Counted from the first letter of the stretch, positions 11,826 through 22,066 are shown. The stretch is DNA of 64,000 nt from an uncultured Desulfobacterales bacterium (GCA_964573615.1 CAZNKD010000008.1:12026-76025), one strand, 5' to 3'. The notes: generated by a model not told the origin, from the letters alone. Numbers and translations are program-made.

Positions 11826-12341
11826 ATGTATAAAATAGCCATATTCGGCTGCGGCAATCTCCTTTTTGGTGACGATGGGGTGGGGCCTGCGGTTATAGAG
11901 GCCCTGAAAGGTCAGCCTCTGCCGGATTATGTCATGGTGGAAGATGTGGGCACTGGCATAAGGGAGAGGCTCTTTGACTATCTGCTGACGGCCGATCTCC
12001 GCCCTGATCTTATCATTATTGTGGATGCTGTGGATTTTGCCGGCATGCCGCCTGGCGAGGTCTTCGAGTTGCGGCCCAGGGATATACCTGCCCGGAAGGT
12101 ACACGATTTTTCCCTGCATCAGTTCCCTACTGTGAACATGTTGGCAGAGCTCGAGGAGGAGGCCGGGACCTGTGTGAAGATCCTGGCAGTGCAGGTCGAG
12201 TCTATCCCGGAAGAGGTAAGCCCTGGCCTGTCTCGCCCTGTTCAGGAGGCAGTGGGGCAGGTGTGTGAGATGATCTCCGAAATGGTTTGGTGCAAGAGCA
12301 ACAGAGAGGTGATCCATGATCTACGAGTTTCGTGTAATTGA
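11826..12341 (+). CDS. Hydrogenase maturation endopeptidase (HycI/HybD family)
   Basis: GCGNLLFGDDGVG, DVGT, IIIVDAVD, HDFSLH; start could be ATG 11811 or 11826. Confidence 0.9.
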   Translation: MYKIAIFGCGNLLFGDDGVGPAVIEALKGQPLPDYVMVEDVGTGIRERLFDYLLTADLRPDLIIIVDAVDFAGMPPGEVFELRPRDIPARKVHDFSLHQFPTVNMLAELEEEAGTCVKILAVQVESIPEEVSPGLSRPVQEAVGQVCEMISEMVWCKSNREVIHDLRVSCN

Positions 12342-13755
12342 TCTGGCAGAAGAGTTTGGTGTCCATAGGAATACCATCCGCAACTGGATCAAGTCTGGAA
12401 CCATTCCTGCCAAGGAGGGGCCTGGCCGGCGATATCTGATGGATTGGTCCGACTATCAGCGTCTATGTGAAAAGTTCGGCAAGACCCCGCGCATGCCCCA
12501 CACCGGCAGCAGACCTGAGCATCAGCCACAGGAAGGGCCTACCACCATAGAGCTGCAGCCGGATTCCACGCGTTTTTATCCAGATGCCACATGGGCGGAT
12601 GTATGTCTCACATGTGGCACCTGCGCCAGTGCTTGTCCTATCGCTGGTGTAGATGGCCTGGATCCAAGAAAGATCGTCCGGATGGCTCTTCTCGGTCTGG
12701 AGGATGAGCTGATGAATACGGACTGGATATGGAAATGTACCATGTGTGCCAAGTGTGAAGAGGCCTGCCCCATGGATGTCGAGATCGTCCAGCTCATCAG
12801 AAAGATCCGTTCCTTAAGGCCCAGGGACGAAGTCCCAGGCCCGATCCACAAGGGGGTGGTCAATTGTCTGGAACGGGGCAACAATCTCGGGATACCGAAG
12901 GATGATTTTCTATTCTTGTTGGAGGACCTTGGCGACGAACTGGCCCAAGAGTGTTGCCCCGGTTTTTCCACGCCGGTCGATGTGCATGGTGCGAGAATCC
13001 TGGTAACGGTCAATTCAAAGGAACCATTTGCCGAGCCCGATGACATGAAGTGGTGGTGGAAGATCTTCTATGCCGCCGGAGAATCCTGGACGATCTCCTC
13101 CGAGAACTGGGAAGGAGTCAATTGGGGGCTCTTTTCCGGTGATGACGATGCCTTGAGGACCATAGTGGGCCGTATAGTGGATAATATGAAGCGGCTCAAC
13201 TGTGAAGGATTGCTGCTTCCGGAGTGAGGTCATGCATATTTTGCAACCCGGTACGGGTTGACCAAGTGGTTCCCTGATGTCCTGGAAAAGTACAAGATCT
13301 ATTCAGTGTTCGATCTTCTGCTGGAGTATTACAACGAGGACAGGATCACTATTGACGGGGGAGTCCACAAGCAGCGCACCACCTATCATGATCCCTGCAA
13401 CTATGGCAGAAAATCCCTCAAAACCTTTGGGCATGGCTACTTTGAGGAAGGGCGTATAATCACCAAGGCCTGCGCCCCGGACTTTGTGGATATGGAACCG
13501 AATCGCCAGGGTAACTACTGCTGTGGGGCTGGCGGAGGGGCGTGGGCTATGCCCTTCAAGACAGAGCGGGTCTATTACGGCAGGATCAAGGCCCGCCAGA
13601 TTCAGGAGACCGGTGCCGAGCTGGTGATTGCTCCGTGTCATAACTGCCGTGATCAGATAAAGAAGTCCCTCAATCAGGAATATCAACTGGGCATAGAGGT
13701 GAAATACCTGTGGGAGCTGGTGGCCGATTCCCTGGTGCTGCCGGTGAAAAACTGA
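12316..13755 (+). CDS. Selenoprotein: N-terminal excisionase/MerR-like HTH fused to 2x[4Fe-4S] and CCG (HdrD/HmcF-like) domains; Sec at TGA 13225-13227
   Basis: ORFs 12316..13227 and 13258..13755 share a frame; read-through gives LLLPE-U-GHAY (family PECGH); [46 protein letters not shown]; SECIS-like hairpin follows. Confidence 0.85.
13228..13263 (+). promoter_or_regulatory. Putative bacterial SECIS element 1
   Basis: CAACCC-GGTAC-GGGTTG hairpin at 13244-13260; loop GG 23-24 nt after the UGA. Confidence 0.75.
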
Positions 13756-13825
13756 AGGTGTGCAGTACAGGGGATTCAGGTGCCAGAGATGGAGGCAAGA
13801 TCCTTATTCAAGGAGGAATTTTGAT

Positions 13826-16800
13826 ATGGCAAGCAAGGAAAGGATTGGCTCAGTCATGGTGGTAGGTGGGGGAGTGGCAGGTATTCAGGCTGCCCTCGAT
13901 CTGGCTGATTCGGGCTATTTCGTATATCTGGTGGAGCGAAGTGGTGCAATAGGCGGCGCAATGGCCCAGTTGGACAAGACCTTTCCCACCAATGATTGCG
14001 CAATGTGAATACTGGCGCCCAAGCTGGTTGAGTGCGGTCGGCACTTAAATATAAAACTTATGACACTGTGCGAGGTTATGGATGTAACCGGCACAGAGGG
14101 AGATTTCACTGTAGAGATAAGGGAGTATCCGCGCTATGTGGATCCGGACAAATGCATTGCCTGTGGCATTTGTGCGGAAAAGTGTCCCAAGAAGGTGGTG
14201 GATGATTACAATGCTGGCACTGCCAAGAGAAAAGCCATCTATGTAAAATATGCCCAGGCTGTACCCCTCAAGTATCAGATAGATCCGGAACACTGCATAA
14301 GGCTGAATAAACCGGGAAAGTGCGGCTTCTGTGAGAAGTTTTGCCCCTCAGGGGCCATAAACTTTAATGATGACGAAAAGATCCACCATATAAAAGTGGG
14401 CTCCATAATACTGGCCCCGGGTTTTGACTGCTTCGATCCAAAAGAGGCAGGGGTCTGGGGCTATGGAAGCTATCCAAATGTGATCACATCCCTCCAGCTC
14501 GAGCGCTATCTGTCCGCATCCGGCCCCACAGAGGGGCATCTGATGCGTCCTTCAGACGGCAAGCCCGTGAGGAAAATGGCATTTCTTCAGTGTGTGGGCA
14601 GCAGGGATCAGAACAGATGCAATAATGAGTATTGCTCCTCGGTCTGCTGCATGTATGCAATCAAGGAGGCCATTATAGCCAAGGATCATGTGCCCGGCCT
14701 GGATGCCACCATATTTTTCATGGACATGCGCACCTTTGGCAAGGACTTCGAGCGTTACTATGAAAATGCCAAGAGCCAGCACGGTATCCGGTTTGTGAGA
14801 TGCAGGGTTCATGGTGTCGAACCACACGGGCAGGAAGGGGATCTGCGTCTTCATTATATCAATGAAGAGGGCAGACAGATAGAAGAGTACTATGATTTGG
14901 TGGTTCTTTCTGTTGGTCTAGAGACCCCGCAACAGGTGAAGGCTCTGGCCGAAAAGATCGGAATCAAGCTTACCCCCCATAACTTCGCCGCAACAAGCAC
15001 TTTCTCTCCCGTGCTCACCTCGCGGCCAGGTGTCTTCACCTGCGGGGCCTTTGCAGGCCCAAAAGATATTCCCCAGTCTGTCATGGAGGGATCGGCAGCG
15101 GCAGCAGGTGCAGCAGATATCCTGGCACCTGCCAGATTCAGCCTGACCAGGGAGAGGAGCTTCCCGCCGGAGAGGGACATTTCCGGCCAGGAACCAAGGA
15201 TCGGGGTCTTCGTATGTCATTGCGGCTCCAATATAGCAGGAGTCGTGGATGTGGAGGAAGTGGCGGAGTACGCGGCCGGCCTTCCCGGTGTAGTGCATGT
15301 GGAGAGGAATCTCTTTACATGCTCCCAGGATACTCAGGATCTCATGCGTAAGCGTATCGAGGAGCACGGCCTCAACAGGATAGTGGTTGCTGCATGTACG
15401 CCGCGGACCCATGAGCCCCTGTTTCGCGAGACTATCAAGGCCGCTGGTCTTAATGAATATCTGTTGGAGATGGCCAACTTGAGAAACCAGGACTCCTGGG
15501 TCCATTCCGATGACCCGGCAAAGGCCACCAAGAAGGCCAAGGATCTAGTCCGCATGGCAGTTGCAAAAGTGGCCCTCCAGGAGCCTCTGAAGGCAGAAAG
15601 TGTGGCGGTCAATCCCTCTGCCCTGGTGGTGGGAGGTGGTGTGGCCGGCATGGAGAGCGCCCTGAGTCTTGCCAGACAGGGTTTTGAGGTGCATCTGGTG
15701 GAGAAGCGCCGGTATCTGGGCGGCAATGCACGCCACCTGAACCATTCCTGGACCTATGAGGATATCCCTAGGTACCTAGATGGACTCGTGAAGGAGGTCA
15801 CGGAAAATCCCTTTATCCATGTCCATATGGAATCGGAAGTGATTGAGGCCAAGGGATTTGTTGGCAACTTCCTTACCACTATTAGGAAAGGTGGCAAGAA
15901 GATAGAGATCAGCCATGGCATCGGCATAATAGCCATCGGAGGCCGTCCTTACAGGCCCAAGGGTGAATATGGCTACGGTGAGTATGAGGAGGTCTTCACC
16001 AGTATCGAGTTTGATGCAGTCAAGAAGGCCGGAGACTTCAGGGTCAAAAGAGGGCGCACCTTTGTCTTCATCCAGTGTGTAGGCTCGAGGCAAGAGGAGC
16101 GTATGTACTGCTCCAGAGTCTGTTGCACGCACTCGGTTCAAGCGGCCATTGAGCTGAAGAAGGAGGATCCCTCCAGGTCTGTATATATCCTCTATAGAGA
16201 TATGCGCACCTATGGTCAAAGGGAGTCCCTCTTCAAGGAAGCAAGGATGCTCGGCGTGGTCTTTATCAACTATGAACTGCATGGCAGGCCAAAAGTTAAA
16301 AGAAACAGAGATGGACTGACTGTAGAGGTGTGGGATCATGTGCTCCACAGGCCCATGATAATCAATACGGACATCCTGGTGCTGGCTACAGCCATACTTC
16401 CCGATCCGAAGGCTCGGGAGCTTGCAAAGCTCTACAAGGTTCCAGTGGATGGTGACGGTTTTTTCCAAGAGGCCCACGCAAAGCTGCGGCCGGTGGATTT
16501 CCCTGTTGACGGCCTTTTCATGGCTGGTCTGGCCCATTATCCCAAACCCGTGGAGGAGGCCATTGCCCAAGCCAAGGCTGCGGCAGCCAGGGCGGCTTCG
16601 GTCCTTTCCAGGAATGAGATCGTCCTGGAGGCGACCAAGGCCCAAGTGGTTCCGGAACGGTGTGATGGATGCGGACTTTGTATAGATGTGTGTCCTTATG
16701 GAGCCATTACCCTCATTGAGGGAAGTGACCAGGAAGACAATGTCTGGAAACGAGTGGAGATCAACAAGGCACAGTGCAAGGGATGTGGCCTGTGCCAGGG

Positions 16801-16885
16801 TACTTGTCCAAAGGAAGGGGTCTATGTGGCCGGTTTCTCCACAGAGCAGATCCGGGCACAGATCAAGGCAGCCCTGGCAGCTTGA
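13826..16885 (+). CDS. hdrA: Heterodisulfide reductase subunit A, long two-FAD-domain form; selenoprotein with Sec at TGA 14006-14008
   Basis: ATG 13826 behind AAGGAGG; [18 protein letters not shown] continues in frame into ORF 14060..16885; two GGGVAG and two CVGSR motifs, [10 protein letters not shown], two ferredoxin modules. Confidence 0.92.
14009..14048 (+). promoter_or_regulatory. Putative bacterial SECIS element 2
   Basis: TTGAGTGC-GGTCG-GCACTTAA 8-bp stem at 14028-14048; GGUC loop resembles the E. coli fdhF SECIS apical loop. Confidence 0.75.
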
Positions 16886-16921
16886 GGCCATGGGATAGAA
16901 TCCAAATTGGGGGATTTGATC

Positions 16922-17338
16922 ATGAGTTATGAACCAAAGATCATAGCATTCTGCTGCAACTGGTGCTCATATGCCGCAGCGGATCTGGCAGGGATCTCGC
17001 GCATGCAGTATCCGCCGAACATACGGATTATAAGGGTTATGTGCTCCGGGATGGTTCATCCAGATATGGTGCTTGAGGCCCTGGAAAAGGGCGCTGACGG
17101 TGTCATGGTCCTTGGGTGACACCTGGGGGAGTGTCATTACCAGGATGGTAATTACAAGGCTCTTTCCAGGGCAGAGATGGTGGAGGAGGTTCTGGAAGAC
17201 TTCGGTTATGAAAAGGAGCGCTTCATGATTGCTTGGTGCAGCGCTGCCGAACCTGACAAGTTTGTTGAGGCAGTCACCAGGATGGCCAAGCGGGTCAAGA
17301 CCCTGGGCCCTCACAGACACAGCCTGCAGGCAGCTTAG
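16922..17338 (+). CDS. mvhD: [2Fe-2S] subunit MvhD/FlpD; selenoprotein with Sec at TGA 17117-17119
   Basis: [38 protein letters not shown] (family GCHxGDCHY); frame stays open to TAG 17336-17338. Confidence 0.92.
17120..17152 (+). promoter_or_regulatory. Putative bacterial SECIS element 3
   Basis: ATTACCA-GGA-TGGTAAT hairpin at 17136-17152; loop GG 24-25 nt after the UGA. Confidence 0.75.
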
Positions 17339-17369
17339 GGAAGCCTGCAGGATTCCAAAGGAGCTAGAT

Positions 17370-18296
17370 ATGGCAATAACGGTTGCAGAAGAGTGGTTGA
17401 GCGCATGTTCTGGTTGTGAAATAGCCATTCTCAACATGGGCGAGAGCCTTGTAGATCTGCTCAACAGGCTTGAACTAGTCCACATGCCTGTGCTCATGGA
17501 CCATAAATATTTCGGCAGGGATGGCCTCAACAGGGAGCTGGAGATTCCTAATGCCGACATAGGGATCGTTTCTGGTGCAGTGGCCAACGAAGAGCATGTT
17601 GAGGTGCTTGAAGAGATGAGAAAAAAGTGCCGCCTCCTTATTGCCCTGGGCACCTGTGCCACGCATGGAGGAATTCCGGCCCTTATCAACTGCTGGACTA
17701 TGGAAGAGGCCTTGGAAACGATATTCCATACCCCGACGACCGATGAGTTCGGCTCCTATCCCGAAGAGGGGGTCCCGGCCATGCTGGACAGGGTCTATGC
17801 GATTGATGAAAAGGTCCATGTGGATCTGTTGATCCCTGGATGCCCTCCAAATCCTGCCCATATTGCCGGTGTGTTGGAGGCCTTGCTCGATGGAGACTCT
17901 CCTGTGCTTCCTGAAAAGAGTGTATGTGATTCCTGTCCCACGGTAAGGAAGGGAAAAGGGGAGGTGAAAGAGGTCAGGAGGTTCTTGGAAAATGCGGATT
18001 TCGTCCCATCGGAACCCCTGGACAGGATGCAGTGTCTGCTTGAGCAAGGCTTCATGTGTATGGGGCCAGTGACTGCTGCAGGTTGTGCCCATGACGGGGC
18101 CCCGCGTTGCATTGCTGCACGTGTGCCATGCAGAGGATGTTTTGGCCCGGTTCGCCATGATGGCAATCAGATGCTGGATATGATGAATGCCCTTGCCAGC
18201 AATGGGATAGACTGGAGATCGGTGGTGGACAGGCGGTCTTTGTTGAGGTTTTCGGGCGCTCATGGGCTCTTGCGGCCCCTTGGCAGGAGATCGTGA
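17370..18296 (+). CDS. mvhG: Group 3 [NiFe(Se)] hydrogenase small subunit
   Basis: ACSGCE, ALGTCATHGG, IPGCPP, CDSC, CLLEQGFMCMGPVT...C...CRGC; start set at ATG 17370 behind AAGGAG. Confidence 0.92.
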   Translation: MAITVAEEWLSACSGCEIAILNMGESLVDLLNRLELVHMPVLMDHKYFGRDGLNRELEIPNADIGIVSGAVANEEHVEVLEEMRKKCRLLIALGTCATHGGIPALINCWTMEEALETIFHTPTTDEFGSYPEEGVPAMLDRVYAIDEKVHVDLLIPGCPPNPAHIAGVLEALLDGDSPVLPEKSVCDSCPTVRKGKGEVKEVRRFLENADFVPSEPLDRMQCLLEQGFMCMGPVTAAGCAHDGAPRCIAARVPCRGCFGPVRHDGNQMLDMMNALASNGIDWRSVVDRRSLLRFSGAHGLLRPLGRRS

Positions 18297-18313
18297 CTCG
18301 GGAGGACTCTATA

Positions 18314-19759
18314 ATGGACAAGGTTATACAGATTCAGCCGGTTACCCGGATCGAGGGGCATGCCAGTATCAAGATCCATCTAGATGATGATGGCAACGTC
18401 AGGGATGCCAAACTCCATATCATGTCCTTGAGGGGCTTCGAGAAGTTCATCGAGGGCCGTCCTGCCGAGGAGGTGCCGCGTATCGTAAACAGGATCTGCG
18501 GCATATGTCCCTGGATGCACCATCTTGCCTCGTGCAAGGCCGTGGATGCATGTTTTGGGATCACACCCCCTCCGGCAGGCTGGAGGCTCAGGGAGTTGTG
18601 CCAGATTATGGCCCATATCAGCGACAAGATCCTCCATTTCTTCTTCCTGGCAGCCCCTGATTTCGTATTGGGGCCAGACAGCGACTATGCTGTAAGAAAT
18701 GTGATAGGGATAGTTAAACAGGCCCCTGAGCTGGCCTCTATGGTGGTGAAGATGCGCCAGCTCGGACAGCAGATGCTGGAGGGCTTTGCGGGCAAGGCCA
18801 TTCATCCAGTGGCTGGGGTTACCGGCGGTTTTTCAAAACCCATGACAGAGGATGAGAGGAAGGAGCTTCTGAAGGGTGCTGGGGAGCTACTGGATTTTGC
18901 TCTGTATGCCCTGGATTTTGCAAAGGAGTCTGTTTTCAGCCGGTATGATGAGATTATCAGGGAGCTTGGCACCATTGAGACAGGTTTCCTCGGGACCGTC
19001 GATAATGATGGCGCCCTACGTCTGTATGATGGGAAACTCAGGTTGATGAGGCCCGATGGCTCTATCACGGAGTTCGATCCTGAAGAATATACAGACTATA
19101 TCAGCGAACATGTAGCCCAATGGTCCTATGCCAAGATGCCCTATGCCAAGGTGTGGAATGAGGGTTTCAGCCTGGATCTCGATGCCCCCAAGGGGATTTA
19201 CAGGGCCAATACGCTTGCCAGGATCAATGTAGCCGACAAGATGGCCACTCCAAGGGCACAAGAGGCCCTGGAAGAGTTCAGAGAGAGATTTGGCCGTCCT
19301 GCCCAGAGCACACTCCTATATCATTGGGCTCGTCTTATTGAGCTTGTGTACGTGTGTGAAAGGAGTGTCGAACTTCTGAACCATCCGGAGATAACAGATC
19401 CTGAGGTGCGGACCCCGGCAACTCCGAAGGCTGGTCGGGGTGTAGGATGTGTCGAGGCCCCTAGGGGCACACTGATCCATGATTATGTCACTGATGCCAA
19501 TGGATGCATCCAGAAGGCCAACATGATCGTGGGCACTACACACAACATTGCTCCTATGAATCTGAGCGTGGCCAGCGCTGCCAAGGAACTGATAAAAAAG
19601 GGAGAGATAGATGAAGGGATTCTGAACAGGATCGAGATGGCTGTAAGGGCATACGATCCGTGAATCTCATGCGCCACTCACCGCCTGGATGGCGGAATAC
19701 CTGTGACCCTGTCCATACTGGATTCCAAGGGACATATCATCAAGGAAATGGCCGGTTAG
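18314..19759 (+). CDS. mvhA: Group 3c-type [NiFeSe] hydrogenase large subunit; Sec at TGA 19661-19663, followed by a cleavable C-terminal extension
   Basis: TRIEGH, L1 motif RICGICP, EAPRGTLIH, L2 motif RAYDP-U-ISCATH; frame open to TAG 19757-19759. Confidence 0.93.
19664..19695 (+). promoter_or_regulatory. Putative bacterial SECIS element 4
   Basis: CCGCC-TGGAT-GGCGG hairpin at 19681-19695; loop GG 24-25 nt after the UGA. Confidence 0.72.
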
Positions 19760-19778
19760 AGCCAGGAGGCAAAAAATC

Positions 19779-20024
19779 ATGTCAGCCAAAGAGAAAAAGG
19801 AGCGCAGAAAGGTGAAGGCAGAGTGCCCTAGCTGTGCCTGTGGCTATATCGGCCACATGACCGTGGATGAGCTGAGGGAGCGGGCTGTCGGTGAGGAGTT
19901 CGATGCCAGGTGCCCGGTCTGTCGCCAGATACACTTGACCCGTGAGGAGATCGAGGAGCTGGAACAGTGCAGGATCACAGAATCAGAGCAGTTTCAGCAG
20001 ATCAGAAAAGAGGCGGAGGCATAG
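19779..20024 (+). CDS. Small hypothetical protein with two CxxC motifs (putative Zn/Fe ribbon)
   Basis: 81 aa, CPSCAC and CPVC, AGGAGG RBS, 19 nt after the mvhA stop. Confidence 0.7.
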   Translation: MSAKEKKERRKVKAECPSCACGYIGHMTVDELRERAVGEEFDARCPVCRQIHLTREEIEELEQCRITESEQFQQIRKEAEA

Positions 20025-20332
20025 AAGCCCTCACCCTCCCTGCCTTTCCGTATCAGGAAGCACAGGGTTTTAGTTACAAAGCAATACAGAGAAAAATGCG
20101 GGGTCCTTCCAAGGATGCATGACTGGTTGATGCATGTCTCTTTCCCCTGCCCATAATACCTCTCTTCACATAAGAGGGAAGGACCTCGCATGATTCTCTA
20201 TTACTCCCTTGATCATGGCCTGTCATGGTGCCATCTTCCCCATGCTTTGCAGCAAAATGGTTCGTGATTAGATTGCTGGTAGGCACAGGTTCAAAAAATA
20301 GCCTATAACCAGTAAACCAGTGGAGGCAAGGC

Positions 20333-21082
20333 ATGGAACACGATATCGGCAAGGCCATGGCCTACCAGATAAAAAAGGAGATAGCGGAACGGTATTTCAG
20401 GGTCAGGAAGCTGATCGAGGACGACAGTGCCAACCTGAGACAGATGATCTCCAGACTGGAAAGGCTCTATGAACAGCTCGGTCCCCCAATGATCAGGATA
20501 TATTCTCTGCTGATGGACAGGGACCTTGCCGAGGCATTACTGAACCATCTGGGCTGGAAGGAAGGGCCTTTGCCATTCTATGACGATTATATAGTGGAGT
20601 CGGAGAGCATAAAGAGGCGCCTTTTGAAAGACATGGAGCTACATGGCTGGTTTAGCCGTTCCAAGTATACCAATTTGGTCATGGACAGTTACCAGGAGCT
20701 TTATAAAAACTATCTGAAATACCTGGATCTTTTGGAAGAGATCGAGGATGAGATGGCCGTGGTGCAAGAGGAGATAAATCAGTTCACTTCCAATTACTCC
20801 CTGGATGAGATCCTGACCTTCCTGAGCGAGCTCGACAGCATGGGGGATGTCCATGCCAGTGTCCTGGGGACCAATGTGGCGAGTGCCCAGCGATCCCAGC
20901 TCGAAAAGAAGCTCGCCCTGCCCAACCTAGACGATATAGAGGCGGCCATCCCTAGGTTTCCGAGGCTCCCAAAACCCGAGGAGATGAGGCCTGTACTGAA
21001 GAAACTGGCACATGAAGCCTGGTCCAGACACCATCAGGAGGCCGAAAGGCTGCTCAAGATAGCGGAAGAGAAAGGGGAATAG
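20333..21082 (+). CDS. Hypothetical helical/coiled-coil protein
   Basis: 249 aa open frame, GGAGG RBS, E/K/L-rich; no motif recognised. Confidence 0.75.
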   Translation: MEHDIGKAMAYQIKKEIAERYFRVRKLIEDDSANLRQMISRLERLYEQLGPPMIRIYSLLMDRDLAEALLNHLGWKEGPLPFYDDYIVESESIKRRLLKDMELHGWFSRSKYTNLVMDSYQELYKNYLKYLDLLEEIEDEMAVVQEEINQFTSNYSLDEILTFLSELDSMGDVHASVLGTNVASAQRSQLEKKLALPNLDDIEAAIPRFPRLPKPEEMRPVLKKLAHEAWSRHHQEAERLLKIAEEKGE

Positions 21083-21198
21083 ACACAAAGCTTGTGCCAC
21101 GGCGGCCGCTAACAGGCAGACGAGGTCGGCTGCCGGACGGACCCTGTCGCCGGATTTGGCATAGGTCCGCTCAAGGACTTGCGGCATCAGAATAAGGC

Positions 21199-22050
21199 AT
21201 GGAGAGATTTTATGAGCAGATAACATACCTGTTTGACAGGCTTCATGGGTTTTGGGAGCATGAAGGCCTCCATCGTAAGATCTCTGCCGGGCTAGTTTTC
21301 CTATTCCTTGCGAGCCTGCTGGCCATCGAACTCAACAGGAGAGGGATGCTTCCTGGGGATCTGGGCCTTCTCGTGCCAGAAAATCACTTTCATGCGGTTC
21401 AGGCCGCTTTCGTGGTGATACTCGTCCTAGAGGTTATCAGCCTCATATTCGTGCTCCCATGCTCTTTTTCTCGTTCGGTTGGTAAACAGTTTGAGATCCT
21501 GGCGTTGATACTCATGCGTAATGCCTTCAAGGAACTGGCCTATTTTCCAGAGCCTATAACCTTTTCAGGAAACGAGGAGAAGGTGCTGCATATCCTTGCT
21601 GACGGGTTCGGGGCCCTGCTAATTTTTGCCTTGCTTGGGCTCTATTATCTTGTCCAAAGGCCTGGAACAAAGAGGGGACGGTGGCCTGCGGAGCTCTTTG
21701 AGTTTGTTGCAGCCAAAAAGGCCATATCCATGGTGCTGCTGGTGGCTTTTATGGTTATGGGGGGCTGGAGCATGTATGCAAGTCTTGTGGGCCATGGCCA
21801 GGCATATTTTTTCCAGGATTTCTATACAGTGCTCATCATAACAGATATATTGATCGTCCTGGTGGCCCAGTACTTCAATCCTTCAGCAAGTTCGGTGTTC
21901 AGAAACTCTGGCTATGCCCTGTCCACCATGATCATCCGCATAGCCCTTGTTGCACCCGTCTATTACAATGTAGTTCTGGGTACATCTGCGGTGTTATTTG
22001 CAATCTGTCTCACCCTGATAACCTGTAGGCTTTTTGACGAAGAGTTTTAA
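21199..22050 (+). CDS. Hypothetical multi-pass membrane protein
   Basis: 283 aa with about 7 hydrophobic segments; no motif recognised. Confidence 0.7.
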   Translation: MERFYEQITYLFDRLHGFWEHEGLHRKISAGLVFLFLASLLAIELNRRGMLPGDLGLLVPENHFHAVQAAFVVILVLEVISLIFVLPCSFSRSVGKQFEILALILMRNAFKELAYFPEPITFSGNEEKVLHILADGFGALLIFALLGLYYLVQRPGTKRGRWPAELFEFVAAKKAISMVLLVAFMVMGGWSMYASLVGHGQAYFFQDFYTVLIITDILIVLVAQYFNPSASSVFRNSGYALSTMIIRIALVAPVYYNVVLGTSAVLFAICLTLITCRLFDEEF

Positions 22051-22066
22051 GGGGCTTGTGACACCC

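Noticed and set aside
12316-19759. Reading the four TGA-interrupted genes as pseudogenes or sequencing errors
   Set aside because: All four stops are TGA, at Cys-equivalent catalytic or ligand positions, with no frameshifts and each with a downstream hairpin; chance decay would not give this pattern
21083-21198. Cluster of short hairpins between two hypothetical genes
   Set aside because: Stems of 5-6 bp are expected by chance at this GC content
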